A stretch of DNA of 64,000 nucleotides from Candidatus Kerfeldbacteria bacterium (GTDB lineage Bacteria > Patescibacteriota > Patescibacteriia > UBA10025 > JAHIVO01). Each line of letters opens with the position of its first letter. Position 1 is the first letter of the stretch. Shown here in pieces: positions 54,359-64,000 of this stretch. The translations under genes and the position numbers were made by a program. The notes beneath the pieces are model-generated. The model made no database searches, was not told the origin of the DNA, and saw only the letters and a program-made list of their open reading frames with translations. The DNA lies in NCBI GenBank assembly GCA_016214565.1, contig JACROE010000002.1, forward strand, positions 280,007-344,006. The letters are read 5' to 3'.

Positions 54359-55459
54359 ATGCCCAAGCAAAATCTCCCCAAAATCCAAATCGGCACCGCA
54401 CGAAATGTGGCGAAAAATTTGATTTCCGATAAATACGGTCACGCAGTGAGCGACACCAAGCTGAAGCAATTCCTGAAGACAGACAAAGATCTCCAGCGCT
54501 ATGTGTACAAAAACGACCGGGGCACCTTGTCCAAATTTCAGGCAAGCAAATTTTTTAATAAAGTGGTGGATACCGCCAAAACCAGCGGCTCATTTAAAGT
54601 CAGCCGCCTAGCGCAAAAGATGGGCATCAAGCCCAACGCCCCGCGCACAACCAATATCCAGCTGAATAAAATTTACCAGCACGCCAGCCAAACTGAATAC
54701 GATGCCACGCCACATCAAACCGGCCCGACGCCCGCAGAGCAAGCGAAAGCTCACCGCCGTGAAAAAATGCTAAAGACCCTCCATAAACAAGACCGGGCGT
54801 ACGAAAACCAGCGCGAACAAGCAGCGGCCGATGCCGCCAAGGAAAAGCAAAATCCCCAATCAAGCAAATCGAGTAATGCTGCCCCGCCTCGTGTCAGCGG
54901 CATTGGGTCAGTCGGTGCGCCGCCGCATGATGCCGCATCCAGCACCGCGCCGACACTTGATGAAGATAGTGCTTCGACAACCGACCCGCGGCTTCCCTGC
55001 CTCGTATATCCGCTGGAAAACCAAACGCCCAATGTCCCCGGATTTGAGCTGACCGTCAGTAAATTCAACACCTTTATCAAGCAACATCTCACCACCACGC
55101 GGCTCTTCCGTATCATCAGTGATGAAAAATTATGGAATCTCCTCGGCTCTCGCTCGCTCGATACCATACCATCGGTGGTTGAGACCGACGCCCGTCGCGC
55201 GTTGGCCCATGGGGCTGGTGCGACGGTATATATCGACGGCGCAATACGACAATTCGGTCAAAAAACTGAATTGAGACTGACGTTGCGATCAATAACCAAT
55301 GCGACAGAAGTGACCCTGGCACATCTGACCGAACCCATGGCAGACCGATTCGAATTCCAGCGGAAAATCGCTTGGCAAATCGACGCCGCATTGGCCAACC
55401 ACCGCGACCAGGACACCACCACGCCATCGAGTACACCCGCGATTGAACTGCCCATTTAG
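54359..55459 (+). CDS. hypothetical low-complexity protein (366 aa)
   Basis: ORF with TTGGCA-18-TATACT immediately upstream. The ATG at 54359 lies 7-8 nt after the -10, so the mRNA may be leaderless. Pro/Ala/Ser-rich central region. Confidence 0.5.
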   Translation: MPKQNLPKIQIGTARNVAKNLISDKYGHAVSDTKLKQFLKTDKDLQRYVYKNDRGTLSKFQASKFFNKVVDTAKTSGSFKVSRLAQKMGIKPNAPRTTNIQLNKIYQHASQTEYDATPHQTGPTPAEQAKAHRREKMLKTLHKQDRAYENQREQAAADAAKEKQNPQSSKSSNAAPPRVSGIGSVGAPPHDAASSTAPTLDEDSASTTDPRLPCLVYPLENQTPNVPGFELTVSKFNTFIKQHLTTTRLFRIISDEKLWNLLGSRSLDTIPSVVETDARRALAHGAGATVYIDGAIRQFGQKTELRLTLRSITNATEVTLAHLTEPMADRFEFQRKIAWQIDAALANHRDQDTTTPSSTPAIELPI

Positions 55460-55523
55460 GCAATAAATGGTCTTTACCGGAACGACTTTTTGTGGTACGC
55501 TCTAGGTCACTAACGGACTCTAT

Positions 55524-56165
55524 TTGGTTATGTATATTACCTGGCTCGGCCAATCGTGTTTCAAAATTCAAACAAAAAATGCCACCCTGATCATGGATCC
55601 CTATGACCAGAAGCTTGGGTTAAAATTACCCCGGTTGCAAGCAGATATCGTCACGATTAGCCACGACCACTACGACCATAATAATGCAGAAGGTATCGGC
55701 GGCGAACCGTTCATTATTTCTAATCCGGGAGAATACGAAGTCAAAGGCATCAGCATCCGCGGCATTCCCTCATGGCACGATACGAGCGAAGGCGCTGAAC
55801 GAGGAGCAAATACCATCTATATCATCGAGGCAGAAGATATAAAGATTGCCCATGTGGGTGATTTAGGAACCCAATTATCGGAAGTTCAGGTCGAGCAGCT
55901 CGATAACATTGACGTACTGATGGTGCCGGTCGGTGGCACCTATACCCTCGATGCGGCTGGAGCGGCCAAAGTGGTTAATGATATTGAACCGCGCATTATC
56001 ATCCCGATGCACTATAAATTGCCAGGACTGAAAGTCAGTCTTGCCGGTGTCGAACCATTCTGCAAAGAAATGGGAGTGAAGCCCAATGGTGCTGAAGAAA
56101 AACTGCGCGTGGTGAAAAAAGAGCTGCCGACTGATGATTCCCAAGTAGTTATTCTCAAAGCGTAA
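55524..56165 (+). CDS. metallo-beta-lactamase-fold hydrolase
   Basis: HDHYDH (HxHxDH) motif, downstream H and D ligands. Length 213 aa. Confidence 0.8.
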   Translation: MVMYITWLGQSCFKIQTKNATLIMDPYDQKLGLKLPRLQADIVTISHDHYDHNNAEGIGGEPFIISNPGEYEVKGISIRGIPSWHDTSEGAERGANTIYIIEAEDIKIAHVGDLGTQLSEVQVEQLDNIDVLMVPVGGTYTLDAAGAAKVVNDIEPRIIIPMHYKLPGLKVSLAGVEPFCKEMGVKPNGAEEKLRVVKKELPTDDSQVVILKA

Positions 56166-56176
56166 TCAATATTCGC

Positions 56177-56632
56177 ATGACGCCTGTCGATGGAATCCAA
56201 GCCCCTCGCCGCAAACGCGCGCCTACTGCGCGAACCCCTCGGGCAACCCGAAAAACGACGCCAGCGCCCGTACCAAGCGCGCCCACTCAACCCCAAGCAA
56301 CCGCCCTGCCCATTCCTGAGCCCCATACCGCCGGGGGAGGGCGCGAACGGCTGGTTTGGGCAATTGCCATCGGCATCACCGCAGTCATCTTCATCAGCTG
56401 GGTCATCCTGTTCAGCGGTGGTAGCCTCAAGAGCGCCGACACCGATTCGTCCTTCTGGTCGCGCATCAGTAATCGGCTCGGGAGCTTCATCGAAACAGTC
56501 CAGACTGATTGGTTCCATCTCAAAAGCGACCTCAATACGACAAATACGAACGCCACCACCGTAGATGAGGAGCGCATTAAACAACTCGAAGAGCAAGTCT
56601 TTCCTCAATTCACCGATCCTACCAAACAATAA
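56177..56632 (+). CDS. hypothetical membrane-anchored protein with a Pro/Arg/Thr-rich N-terminus
   Basis: One TM helix (LVWAIAIGITAVIFISWVILF). 151 aa. Confidence 0.5.
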   Translation: MTPVDGIQAPRRKRAPTARTPRATRKTTPAPVPSAPTQPQATALPIPEPHTAGGGRERLVWAIAIGITAVIFISWVILFSGGSLKSADTDSSFWSRISNRLGSFIETVQTDWFHLKSDLNTTNTNATTVDEERIKQLEEQVFPQFTDPTKQ

Positions 56633-56638
56633 TTCCCT

Positions 56639-59134
56639 ATGGCCAAACTGAAAAAAAATCCTAAAGCAGAAAAGCCGATTGTTGAGCCCGCGCGACAGCT
56701 GGCGCAGGTACAAAAGCAACCCATCGTTACCGAGATGCAATCGTCCTACATCGACTATGCCATGTCGGTGATTGTTTCGCGTGCCTTGCCAGACGTCCGC
56801 GATGGGATGAAGCCCGTCCACCGCCGTATCCTCTATGCTATGTGGACCATCGGCCTCCGGGCTGGTGCTAAATTCCGCAAATCCGCTACCGTGGTTGGTG
56901 AGGTGCTCGGTAAATACCATCCTCATGGCGACTCCGCCGTCTACGACTCGATGGTTCGTATGGCACAGTGGTTTGCTATGCGCTATACGCTGGTCAATGG
57001 CCAAGGCAACTTCGGCTCCATGGACGGCGACGGCGCCGCAGCCATGCGCTACACCGAAGCAAAACTCTCTCGCATTTCCGAAGAACTCCTTTTTGATATT
57101 GAAAAAGAGACGGTCAATTTTATTCCAAACTACGACGGTTCACAGCAAGAGCCACAAGTGCTCCCGGCCAAGCTGCCCAACCTTCTACTCAATGGCACCG
57201 TGGGCATTGCCGTGGGTATGGCCACCTCCATCCCACCGCACAACCTAACGGAAATTATTGATGGCACCATCCACCTGATTGAGCACCCCGACGCGTCAAT
57301 TGAAGATCTGATGGAATTCATCAAAGGCCCGGACTTCCCCACCGGCGGTATTATTTTCAACAAACGAGATATCGCGCATGCCTATGGCACCGGTAAAGGC
57401 TCAATCGTCATGCGCGCCAAAACCGATATTGTGGAAGAGGCGAATGGCCAATTCCGTATTATCGTGACTGAGATACCCTACCAGGTGAATAAATCCACCT
57501 TGATCGAGCATATTGCTCAGCTGGTCACCGATAAAAAACTAGATGGTATCAAAGACCTGCGCGATGAATCTGACAAAGATGGCGTACGCATTGTGATTGA
57601 ACTAAAAAAAGACGCCTATCCGAAAAAAGTCCTCAATCGCTTATTCAATCTGACCAATTTACAGACCTCGTTCCACGTGAACATGTTGGCCTTGGTGGAC
57701 GGCATCCAGCCACGCGTGCTGAATCTGAAAATGGTGCTCGAAGAATACATCAAGCACCGCGAAATCGTCATCAAACGCCGCACTCAATACGATTTAGATA
57801 AAGCCAAAGCCCGCGCCCATATCCTCGAGGGGTTGGTCAAAGCCGTGGATAAGATTGATGCGGTGATTAAAGTTATTAAAGCATCGAAGGACAAAGACCA
57901 AGCCCGGACAAACTTGATGCAGAAATTTAAATTTACCGAAGCGCAAGCCATCGCCATCCTGGAAATGAAGCTCTCCCAGCTGGCTAATCTGGAACGGCTC
58001 AATATCCAAGGCGAACTCAAAGAAAAACGCGCTTTGATCAAAGAATTGGAACTGATTCTTGCCTCACGCAAGCGCATCCTCGGCATTATCACCACCGAAC
58101 TCAAAGAAATTAAGGACAAATTTGGCGACGAGCGCAAAACGCATATCAATGCCGGCGCCATCAATGAATTCACTCAGGAAGACCTGATCCCGAATGAATC
58201 AACGGTCATCATGGTGACCCGCGATGGCTATCTCAAACGCGTACCGCCAGAAACATTCCGCGTGCAGAAACGCGGCGGCCGGGGCGTGATTGGATTGACC
58301 ACCAAAGAACAAGACTCCGTCGAACAACTGATAACAACCACCACGCATGCCGACCTGCTTTTCTTCACCACCAAAGGCCGGGTCTTCCAGCTCAAAGGCT
58401 ACGATGTCCCGCCTGCTTCCCGTACGTCAAAAGGTCAGGCCATCGTTAATTTCCTCCAGCTCGGGCAAGAAGAAAAAGTTACCGCAACGCTGTCATTAGC
58501 TGACTTGGGTGATTTCAAATTCCTGGTGATGGTGACCCGCAATGGCGTCATCAAGAAAGTAGACATGGAAGATTTCAAAGTCGTCCGCCGCTCAGGCTTG
58601 ATCGCCGTGAAACTGAAATCAAACGACACGCTCGAATGGGTCAAACCATCCACGGGTGGCGATGATATTCTCATCGTTACTGAACAGGGTCAATCAATCC
58701 GCTTCCGCGAGAAACAACTGCGTGCCATGGGTCGCAATGCCGCGGGCGTACGTGCCGTCAAACTGAAAGGAACTGACCATATCGCCGGCATGGACATGAT
58801 TACTGACGGCAAAGCCATGCAAAATGAACAACTCTTGGTCGTCATGGAAAAGGGATACGGCAAACGCACCAACCTCTCCAACTATCGCGTCCAGGGTCGT
58901 GGCGGTTCGGGCATCAAAACTGCCAAGATCACGCCGAAGACCGGCAAGATTGTGTCCGCCTTCATCGTCAATGCGAAACTTGAGCAAGAAGATCTGATCA
59001 TCATTTCTGACAAAGGCCAAGTCATCCGCATGCCCTTGAAAACCGTGTCCGTCCTCGGCCGCGCCACCCAGGGTGTCCGCTTGATGCGCCTGTCTGACGA
59101 CAAAGACGGCGTCGCCACCGTGACGTTTGTGTAA
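56639..59134 (+). CDS. gyrA: DNA gyrase subunit A
   Basis: [28 protein letters not shown] with the active-site Tyr region. C-terminal beta-pinwheel repeats. Length 831 aa. Confidence 0.95.
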   Translation: MAKLKKNPKAEKPIVEPARQLAQVQKQPIVTEMQSSYIDYAMSVIVSRALPDVRDGMKPVHRRILYAMWTIGLRAGAKFRKSATVVGEVLGKYHPHGDSAVYDSMVRMAQWFAMRYTLVNGQGNFGSMDGDGAAAMRYTEAKLSRISEELLFDIEKETVNFIPNYDGSQQEPQVLPAKLPNLLLNGTVGIAVGMATSIPPHNLTEIIDGTIHLIEHPDASIEDLMEFIKGPDFPTGGIIFNKRDIAHAYGTGKGSIVMRAKTDIVEEANGQFRIIVTEIPYQVNKSTLIEHIAQLVTDKKLDGIKDLRDESDKDGVRIVIELKKDAYPKKVLNRLFNLTNLQTSFHVNMLALVDGIQPRVLNLKMVLEEYIKHREIVIKRRTQYDLDKAKARAHILEGLVKAVDKIDAVIKVIKASKDKDQARTNLMQKFKFTEAQAIAILEMKLSQLANLERLNIQGELKEKRALIKELELILASRKRILGIITTELKEIKDKFGDERKTHINAGAINEFTQEDLIPNESTVIMVTRDGYLKRVPPETFRVQKRGGRGVIGLTTKEQDSVEQLITTTTHADLLFFTTKGRVFQLKGYDVPPASRTSKGQAIVNFLQLGQEEKVTATLSLADLGDFKFLVMVTRNGVIKKVDMEDFKVVRRSGLIAVKLKSNDTLEWVKPSTGGDDILIVTEQGQSIRFREKQLRAMGRNAAGVRAVKLKGTDHIAGMDMITDGKAMQNEQLLVVMEKGYGKRTNLSNYRVQGRGGSGIKTAKITPKTGKIVSAFIVNAKLEQEDLIIISDKGQVIRMPLKTVSVLGRATQGVRLMRLSDDKDGVATVTFV

Positions 59135-59162
59135 ATCACCTACAACTTTTTAAAATCTAAAG

Positions 59163-59187
59163 ACCTTCCCTCTAAAGGAAGGTTTTT
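59163..59187 (+). terminator. rho-independent terminator after gyrA. Its 3' arm contains the ribosome-binding site of the next gene.
   Basis: accttccctctaaaggaaggt followed by tttt and then ATG at 59188. Confidence 0.6.
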
Positions 59188-59502
59188 ATGTATACCTATT
59201 ACGTTTATATCATGACAAATAAGAGAAACCATATTCTATATATTGGCGTCACTCGAAATTTAGAATACCGAGTGTGGGAACATAAGAATAAAGCCAAACC
59301 TGGATTTACCAGCCGATACAACGTTACCAATCTAGTATATTATGAAGAATTTGCAATGCTGATGGATGCGATACAAAGAGAAAAACAGCTCAAGAACTGG
59401 CATCGCGGCTGGAAGTTTAACTTAATCCGGAAGTGTAACCCGAAAATGGTTGACCTGGCAGCTGAGTGGTATGAGAGAGATCCTGAAACAAGTTCAGGAT
59501 GA
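59188..59502 (+). CDS. small stand-alone GIY-YIG nuclease-domain protein (YhbQ-like)
   Basis: YYVYIMTNKRNHILYIGVTRNLEYRVWEH matches the GIY-YIG core (YIG...R...E). Length 104 aa. Confidence 0.75.
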   Translation: MYTYYVYIMTNKRNHILYIGVTRNLEYRVWEHKNKAKPGFTSRYNVTNLVYYEEFAMLMDAIQREKQLKNWHRGWKFNLIRKCNPKMVDLAAEWYERDPETSSG

Positions 59503-59636
59503 GGACAAAAATAATCCCTCATGCCGAACTTGTTTCGGCATCTCAAACCAATAATAAAAGCCGCTCAATTCTTAGTGATACTGAGCGGCTACTTTCCCTT
59601 GTGCACGATTCCTATGTGCAGTCTATGACTCGCTTC

Positions 59637-60011
59637 CTATGCGGTCGTGGCAATAATGAGTTCGCGGAATTCCGCGAGCTGGAACGGTTTCCCGATGGTA
59701 CGGATTGTACATCCGCTTAGTTCGACCGTGGCTTGGCCGAGCTTCTGGGGGTTCCCAGACATCAGGATGATCGGCACCTGCGAGCCCTGTTCACGCAATG
59801 CGTGAATGAGCTCCGGCCCCGTCATGGAGGGCATTTCCAGGTCGGTGATCACGAGTGATATGTCGTCGGGAGACTGCTGGACCAATTCCAGCGCTTGACG
59901 GCCATTCACGCATGTCGTAACCTGAAACCCTTCCAGTTCCGCGATCTCCGTGACCAAGTCACGAAGAATCTCCTCATCATCAACCACCAGCGCTTTTCGC
60001 GGTGACTGCAT
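59637..60011 (-). CDS. stand-alone receiver (REC) domain response regulator
   Basis: ALVVDDEEIL...D...LVITDLEMPSMTG...K fits a CheY-like fold. AGGAG 8 nt upstream of ATG at 60011. The track start at 60074 is not supported. Confidence 0.75.
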   Translation of the reverse strand: MQSPRKALVVDDEEILRDLVTEIAELEGFQVTTCVNGRQALELVQQSPDDISLVITDLEMPSMTGPELIHALREQGSQVPIILMSGNPQKLGQATVELSGCTIRTIGKPFQLAEFRELIIATTA

Positions 60012-60160
60012 ACAAATACTCCTTTCTGGAGATTCGAGTGTTGCACTACAGGAAATAAGGAAGAAAACTGACAACGAGCAATACGATAAGCGAGTATAGG
60101 CTCAGCCTGCCCCCTTGTCAAGACACGAAAAAAACAGTATACTAATTATTGAATACACAT

Positions 60161-60394
60161 ATGGTTCAAGCAAAACGACGCACCAAACAGCAAAAACGAG
60201 AACGCCGCTCCCATCATGCCATGAAAGTGCAAACGCTTTCTCACAGCACCAAGAGTGGTAAACCGCATCTGCCCCACCACGTCAATCCGTTTGATGGATT
60301 TTACCGTGGCCGGGACGTGCTCCAGCTTGACGCGAAGGCCTCACGCAAAGAAAAACGCGCCAAGAAAAAAGAAGACCGGGCAAAAAATAAATAA
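60161..60394 (+). CDS. rpmF: 50S ribosomal protein L32 with a Lys-rich C-terminal extension
   Basis: MVQAKRRTKQQKRERRSHHAM...KPHLPHHVNPFDGFYRGRDV parallels bL32 (RRSHDAL...HLRHH...YYRGRKV). TTGTCA-17-TATACT promoter at about 60112..60141. Confidence 0.8.
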   Translation: MVQAKRRTKQQKRERRSHHAMKVQTLSHSTKSGKPHLPHHVNPFDGFYRGRDVLQLDAKASRKEKRAKKKEDRAKNK

Positions 60395-60427
60395 AGAGTC
60401 CGGGTAACCCCCGTACGCACGAAGCCT

Positions 60428-60925
60428 ATGTCCAATCGCCATTTGTCTCGTACGATCGCCATGCAGTCTCTGTATGAGTGGGATTTTAATAAACTCAATG
60501 CAGCTGAATTGCCGCACCTGGCAGACACCAATATGAAGGCGTTTGCGCCTGATTTCAATGACAATGGCTTTGCCAAACATATTATTAAGGGCGTGGTTAA
60601 TTACTTAACTGACATCAATAATCTCATTACCACGTACGCGCCGGAATGGCCGCTCGAGCAAATCACCGTCGTGGATCGCAACGTATTACGCATCGGCATT
60701 TACGAATTAAAATTTTCAAAAGGCGAAATTCCGCCGAAGGTGGCGATCAACGAAGCCATAGAGCTAGCTAAAACCTTTGGTGGCGAATCATCCGGCAAGT
60801 TTGTGAATGGCGTCCTCGGGAGTATATTCAAAGACATGGTTGAGCGTGGTGAAGTCGCCATTGGCGAGGAAACACCAGCCAAACCCCACGAAGCAACACC
60901 GCCAGCCGCCACCCCATCATCCTAG
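60428..60925 (+). CDS. nusB: transcription antitermination factor NusB
   Basis: [17 protein letters not shown]...[13 protein letters not shown]...[15 protein letters not shown]...FVNGVLGSI. Confidence 0.85.
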   Translation: MSNRHLSRTIAMQSLYEWDFNKLNAAELPHLADTNMKAFAPDFNDNGFAKHIIKGVVNYLTDINNLITTYAPEWPLEQITVVDRNVLRIGIYELKFSKGEIPPKVAINEAIELAKTFGGESSGKFVNGVLGSIFKDMVERGEVAIGEETPAKPHEATPPAATPSS

Positions 60926-60980
60926 ACGAGCGGGCGCCTACGACGCGCACCCGATGGTTTGGGATGATCGACATACGTAA

Positions 60981-61676
60981 TTGTGTATGAACGATCAATC
61001 AGCATTAGCATCACGACTCGGCGTCACCTTCCGTGACCCCAATCTACTCCAGCAAGCGCTGGTGCACCGTTCGTATTTGAATGAAAATCGCAATTTCAGC
61101 CTGGGAAATAATGAACGCCTCGAATTCCTGGGTGACGCCGTGCTGGAATTAGTCGTGACCGAATTTCTCTATCTCAATTACCCCAATCCCGAAGGCGAGC
61201 TGACGAACTGGCGCGCGGCCTTGGTCAACGCCAAAATGCTGTCTGACATTGCCGAGACATTCAGTATCTACGAACACCTCTATCTCTCCCGCGGCGAAGC
61301 TAAAGATTCAAATGGCAAAGCACGCGGCTATATCCTGGCGAATGCCTTTGAAGCAATCATCGGTGCCATCTACCTAGACCAGGGCTGGGATGCGGCCAAG
61401 AAATTCATCACTGATCATGTGCTATCGCGGCTCACCGCAATACTGGATAATAAACTCCACATTGACCCGAAGAGCCGCTTCCAGGAAGTCAGCCAAGAGC
61501 GCCTGGGCGTGACGCCGTCATACCGGGTGATTGAGGAATCCGGCCCTGACCATGCCAAGAAATTTATCGTCGGTGTCTATACCGGCACTGAACTCGTGGC
61601 TCAGGGTGAAGGAACGTCAAAGCAAGAAGCGCAGGTTGCAGCTGCGGAAAAAGCCCTCCAGGCAAAAGGTTGGTAA
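60981..61676 (+). CDS. rnc: ribonuclease III
   Basis: Signature ERLEFLGDAVLELVVTEFL. The dsRBD lies at the C-terminus. Confidence 0.9.
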   Translation: MCMNDQSALASRLGVTFRDPNLLQQALVHRSYLNENRNFSLGNNERLEFLGDAVLELVVTEFLYLNYPNPEGELTNWRAALVNAKMLSDIAETFSIYEHLYLSRGEAKDSNGKARGYILANAFEAIIGAIYLDQGWDAAKKFITDHVLSRLTAILDNKLHIDPKSRFQEVSQERLGVTPSYRVIEESGPDHAKKFIVGVYTGTELVAQGEGTSKQEAQVAAAEKALQAKGW

Positions 61677-61685
61677 TTGCCATTG

Positions 61686-61727
61686 CTTGACCAATTAAAT
61701 AGTTTGCAGTACGGTAGTGACGAAACC
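61686..61727 (+). promoter_or_regulatory. promoter cassette P1 of the TAAGGT family (TTGACC-18-TACGGT, then GTGACGAAACC)
   Basis: cttgaccaattaaatagtttgcagtacggtagtgacgaaacc. Confidence 0.5.
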
Positions 61728-61771
61728 GATCTTTTTGCTTTCTTCACCCCAACGTTCAAGGAGGATGTACC

Positions 61772-62170
61772 ATGACCGGACCTCAGTCCGGCGGCATGCC
61801 GGTAATGAAAGAGGTGGGAAAAGTTATCAGACTCTTCCCCAATCTCGGATGCGTTGGCATTCAGGTCAAAAAACAGGTGTGTAAAGGCGACCAGCTCCTC
61901 TGTGAGACTCATCGCCAGACACACCTCGACCAAGAGGTCGTCGTCGATTCGATGGAAGTTGATCACCATGTCCGTCAGCTGGTTCGCGCCGGCGAACGCT
62001 GCGCCATCAAAGTTGGTGATACAACAAACTTCCACTCTGGCATGACCGTCTTCTGCATCCAAGCGGTTGATGCCCCGTTCACATCAGAGGCGAGCGCTGT
62101 GCCTGCTGAAACTGCCGGCGGATCAACATATGAAGATCCGGACAATGAAGCGCTCCGCTTAGCCACCTAG
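61772..62170 (+). CDS. hypothetical small protein (132 aa)
   Basis: Strong ribosome-binding site (AAGGAGG). Own promoter and terminator (62266..62306). Confidence 0.55.
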   Translation: MTGPQSGGMPVMKEVGKVIRLFPNLGCVGIQVKKQVCKGDQLLCETHRQTHLDQEVVVDSMEVDHHVRQLVRAGERCAIKVGDTTNFHSGMTVFCIQAVDAPFTSEASAVPAETAGGSTYEDPDNEALRLAT

Positions 62171-62265
62171 CTCCGAACAACTCGGACTCCGGGGCATGCC
62201 ACAGATCCTTCCATCAGACATCGCGCGTTTTCCCGCACAACGCTACGCATCTCTGATGGATTCCG

Positions 62266-62306
62266 GTGCCGCCCTAACCTGCTGAAAAAGGGGCGGCACT
62301 TTTTAT
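62266..62306 (+). terminator. rho-independent terminator
   Basis: gtgccgccc...gggcggcac followed by tttttattt. Confidence 0.7.
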
Positions 62307-62338
62307 TTGCCCACGATTAAACCGTCTCTCATTTGATT

Positions 62339-62378
62339 TGACCCGACCAATATCAGATGGTAAGGTGTGAGGAAACTA
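62339..62378 (+). promoter_or_regulatory. promoter cassette P2 (ATTTGACCC-17-TAAGGT, then GTGAGGAAAC)
   Basis: gatttgacccgaccaatatcagatggtaaggtgtgaggaaac. Nearly identical to P3. Confidence 0.55.
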
Positions 62379-62431
62379 AACAGAAACCCAAAAATAGTCC
62401 TTCAAAACAACCAAACACATGGAGGTGTACC

Positions 62432-62827
62432 ATGGCTAGTGGCAATCTCGTGCCCGTTGGCCACGTCTTCGCAGTATTTCCGGCGCATAACGAACATGAC
62501 ATTATTCTCGGCATTGCCGTCGAATCAAACGGTTTTGGCACCAAGAATGAATTGGTCATCTTCAATCCGGAAAAACCGGGAGAACCATTGACCATCCGGG
62601 TCCACACGCTCGAACATGAACGCAAGCGGACCAATGTTGCCCAGCCCGGCAAAGAATATGGTGTCAAACCGTTCCGCGTCGGCAGCGAAACGCTGACCGT
62701 CAATCCGACCGACTGGCTCGTCTATGCGCTAGAACATCAGTCACGGGGCGCTGCCCAACGCACCCCGAGGACATGGAACCGCCCGCCGCGCCCGACTCGA
62801 AAGGTCTCCTTCTGCCAGGTAAAATAG
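62432..62827 (+). CDS. hypothetical small protein (131 aa)
   Basis: GGAGG 7 nt upstream of ATG at 62432. The track start at 62357 lies in the 5' leader. Confidence 0.55.
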   Translation: MASGNLVPVGHVFAVFPAHNEHDIILGIAVESNGFGTKNELVIFNPEKPGEPLTIRVHTLEHERKRTNVAQPGKEYGVKPFRVGSETLTVNPTDWLVYALEHQSRGAAQRTPRTWNRPPRPTRKVSFCQVK

Positions 62828-62853
62828 TCTGCTATTTGTACCTACCTAAATGT

Positions 62854-62888
62854 AACGCGTCAGCCCCCAACTGACGCGTTCTTTTATT
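62854..62888 (+). terminator. rho-independent terminator
   Basis: aacgcgtcagcccccaactgacgcgtt followed by cttttattt. Confidence 0.7.
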
Positions 62889-62928
62889 TGACCCAACCTT
62901 TACCTAATGTTAAGGTGTGGTGAAACCT
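62888..62928 (+). promoter_or_regulatory. promoter cassette P3 (ATTTGACCC-17-TAAGGT, then GTGGTGAAACC) for pyrF
   Basis: tatttgacccaacctttacctaatgttaaggtgtggtgaaacc. Confidence 0.55.
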
Positions 62929-62987
62929 AAATAAACGCTAGAAATAGCCCTATCACAATTCAACCCTTTCTTTTCAAGGAGGAACGC

Positions 62988-63821
62988 ATGTCCCGATTCG
63001 TTGATCGCCTCACAGCGATACAAACACGGCAGAATAGCATCATCTGCGTCGGTTTGGACTTTGACCGTAAAAAAGTCCCGCTGCACATCGCTGAACTGTA
63101 CGGCATTCGTGCCGACGTCGGTATCGAGATGTTCAATCGGCGCATCATTGACGCCGTGGCGCCGTACTGCAGTGTCTTCAAGCCAAACCTTGCCTTCTAC
63201 GAAAGTAGCGGCAAAAAGGGCTGGGGCGCACTTGCTCGTACCGTGGCGTACATTCGTGAACGCCATCCTGATCACCTGGTGATCGGGGACGGTAAGCGTA
63301 ATGATATCGGCAATACTGCTGAGCACTACGCCGAAGGTCTGGCTCAGTTAGGTTTCCACGCCGTTACGTGGAATCCGTACATGGGCAATGAAACCGCGCA
63401 CCCCTTCTTCAAGGCCGGTCTCGCCGTCATCGCTTTGTGTCTCACGTCAAACCCCGGCGCCGCTGACTATCAGCTCCTGGAATGCGACGGCAAACCGCTC
63501 TACATGCACGTGGCGGAAAAAACCGTCGCTGACTTCGGCGCTTCTGGCCACTTTGGCCTCGTCGTCGGTGCCACCAAGCCCGAACAGCTCGGGCGTGTCC
63601 GTGACGCTATCGGCCTCGACATCCCCATCCTCATCCCGGGTTTGAAAACCCAGGGTGGTGATGCCGCTGCAACCATGCAGCATAACAAGGGTGGACAGGC
63701 CATCATCAATTTCTCGAGAAACGTGCTCTATGCTTCAGCTGGCCCTGATTTCGATCAGGCCGCTGAGCGTGAAGCGCAGAATTCCAACGACGAAGTGAAC
63801 GCGCTGCGCAATGCAGTATAA
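62988..63821 (+). CDS. pyrF: orotidine-5'-phosphate decarboxylase (long, type-2 form)
   Basis: ICVGLDFD motif. Conserved Lys/Asp residues. 277 aa. AAGGAGG ribosome-binding site. Confidence 0.8.
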   Translation: MSRFVDRLTAIQTRQNSIICVGLDFDRKKVPLHIAELYGIRADVGIEMFNRRIIDAVAPYCSVFKPNLAFYESSGKKGWGALARTVAYIRERHPDHLVIGDGKRNDIGNTAEHYAEGLAQLGFHAVTWNPYMGNETAHPFFKAGLAVIALCLTSNPGAADYQLLECDGKPLYMHVAEKTVADFGASGHFGLVVGATKPEQLGRVRDAIGLDIPILIPGLKTQGGDAAATMQHNKGGQAIINFSRNVLYASAGPDFDQAAEREAQNSNDEVNALRNAV

Positions 63822-63834
63822 GGAGGTGATTCAT

Positions 63835-64000
63835 TTGTCAACCAAGAATCTGAAAACAACGCGTGATTTCTGCGTGTTCAACAACCGCCCGCAGATTGAG
63901 GCGATCCTCAAGGGCTTCCCGCTACCGCAGGAAGAAATTCTCCGGCTTATCGGCATCGCTGAAGCACACTGGTACTTCGACTACGGCGGCGATCCGACCC
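63835..64000 (+). CDS. partial ORF, hypothetical (TTG start, runs off the window end)
   Basis: AAGGAGG 7 nt upstream of TTG at 63835. Open to the end of the window. The stop of pyrF overlaps its ribosome-binding site. Confidence 0.4.
   Translation, partial: MSTKNLKTTRDFCVFNNRPQIEAILKGFPLPQEEILRLIGIAEAHWYFDYGGDPT

Noticed and set aside
56012-57004. 330-aa minus-strand ORF spanning the MBL-hydrolase, hypothetical and gyrA 5' regions
   Set aside because: It overlaps three well-supported plus-strand genes, including gyrA. There is no ribosome-binding site and no protein-like composition.
57664-57682. Fifth copy of the TGTTCCACGTG palindrome inside gyrA (gttccacgtgaacatg)
   Set aside because: Only a 12-13-nt half-site match embedded in coding sequence (FHVNM). 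Probably coincidental.

Overview
This 64-kb window is gene-dense and mostly transcribed from the minus strand. The gene complement and organisation are consistent with a small-genome bacterium, possibly of the Patescibacteria/CPR type; that placement is low-confidence inference from content only.

Housekeeping genes recognisable from sequence include leuS, rsmA/ksgA, tsaC, infB-rbfA-nrnA, clpP, rny-ymdB, hup, ftsH, rpsA, gyrA, rpmF-nusB-rnc, pyrF, trxA-trxB, gdh, lspA and comM/yifB. Also present are a two-component system, a LysM-M23 peptidase, a bactofilin and four tRNA genes.

The most striking region is 1148..16004. A consensus sigma70 promoter (TTGACA-17-TATAAT) drives a tight minus-strand operon. 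It encodes a membrane-anchored calcium-binding-repeat protein (289 aa), a 3087-aa cysteine-rich extracellular giant protein carrying a dockerin-like repeat pair and a C-terminal PKD-like domain, an 1116-aa polytopic membrane protein with a VirB6/TrbL-like N-terminus and a long charged tail, and at least one more uncharacterised protein. I interpret this as a candidate cell-surface attachment or secretion apparatus.

Other findings:
- LeuS carries a ~190-aa serine-hydrolase (GHSLG, RBBP9/YdeN-like) domain inserted at the start of its CP1 editing domain.
- A two-cysteine CsoR-family (CstR-like) repressor with a perfect GC-rich operator palindrome sits directly upstream of trxA-trxB.
- A palindromic 16-mer (TGTTCCACGTGGAACA) recurs four times around the tRNA-Ala/Ala/Arg cluster.
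- A tRNA-Ile gene has a UAU anticodon. It is followed by a tandem 92-bp repeat array in which each unit ends with the tRNA 5' terminal 16 nt.
- A family of near-identical promoter cassettes (TTGAC[AC]-N17/18-TA[AC]GGT followed by a GAAAC element) precedes several small genes and pyrF.
- Two smaller direct/inverted repeat structures are noted.

No CRISPR array, rRNA gene or obvious transposase was seen.
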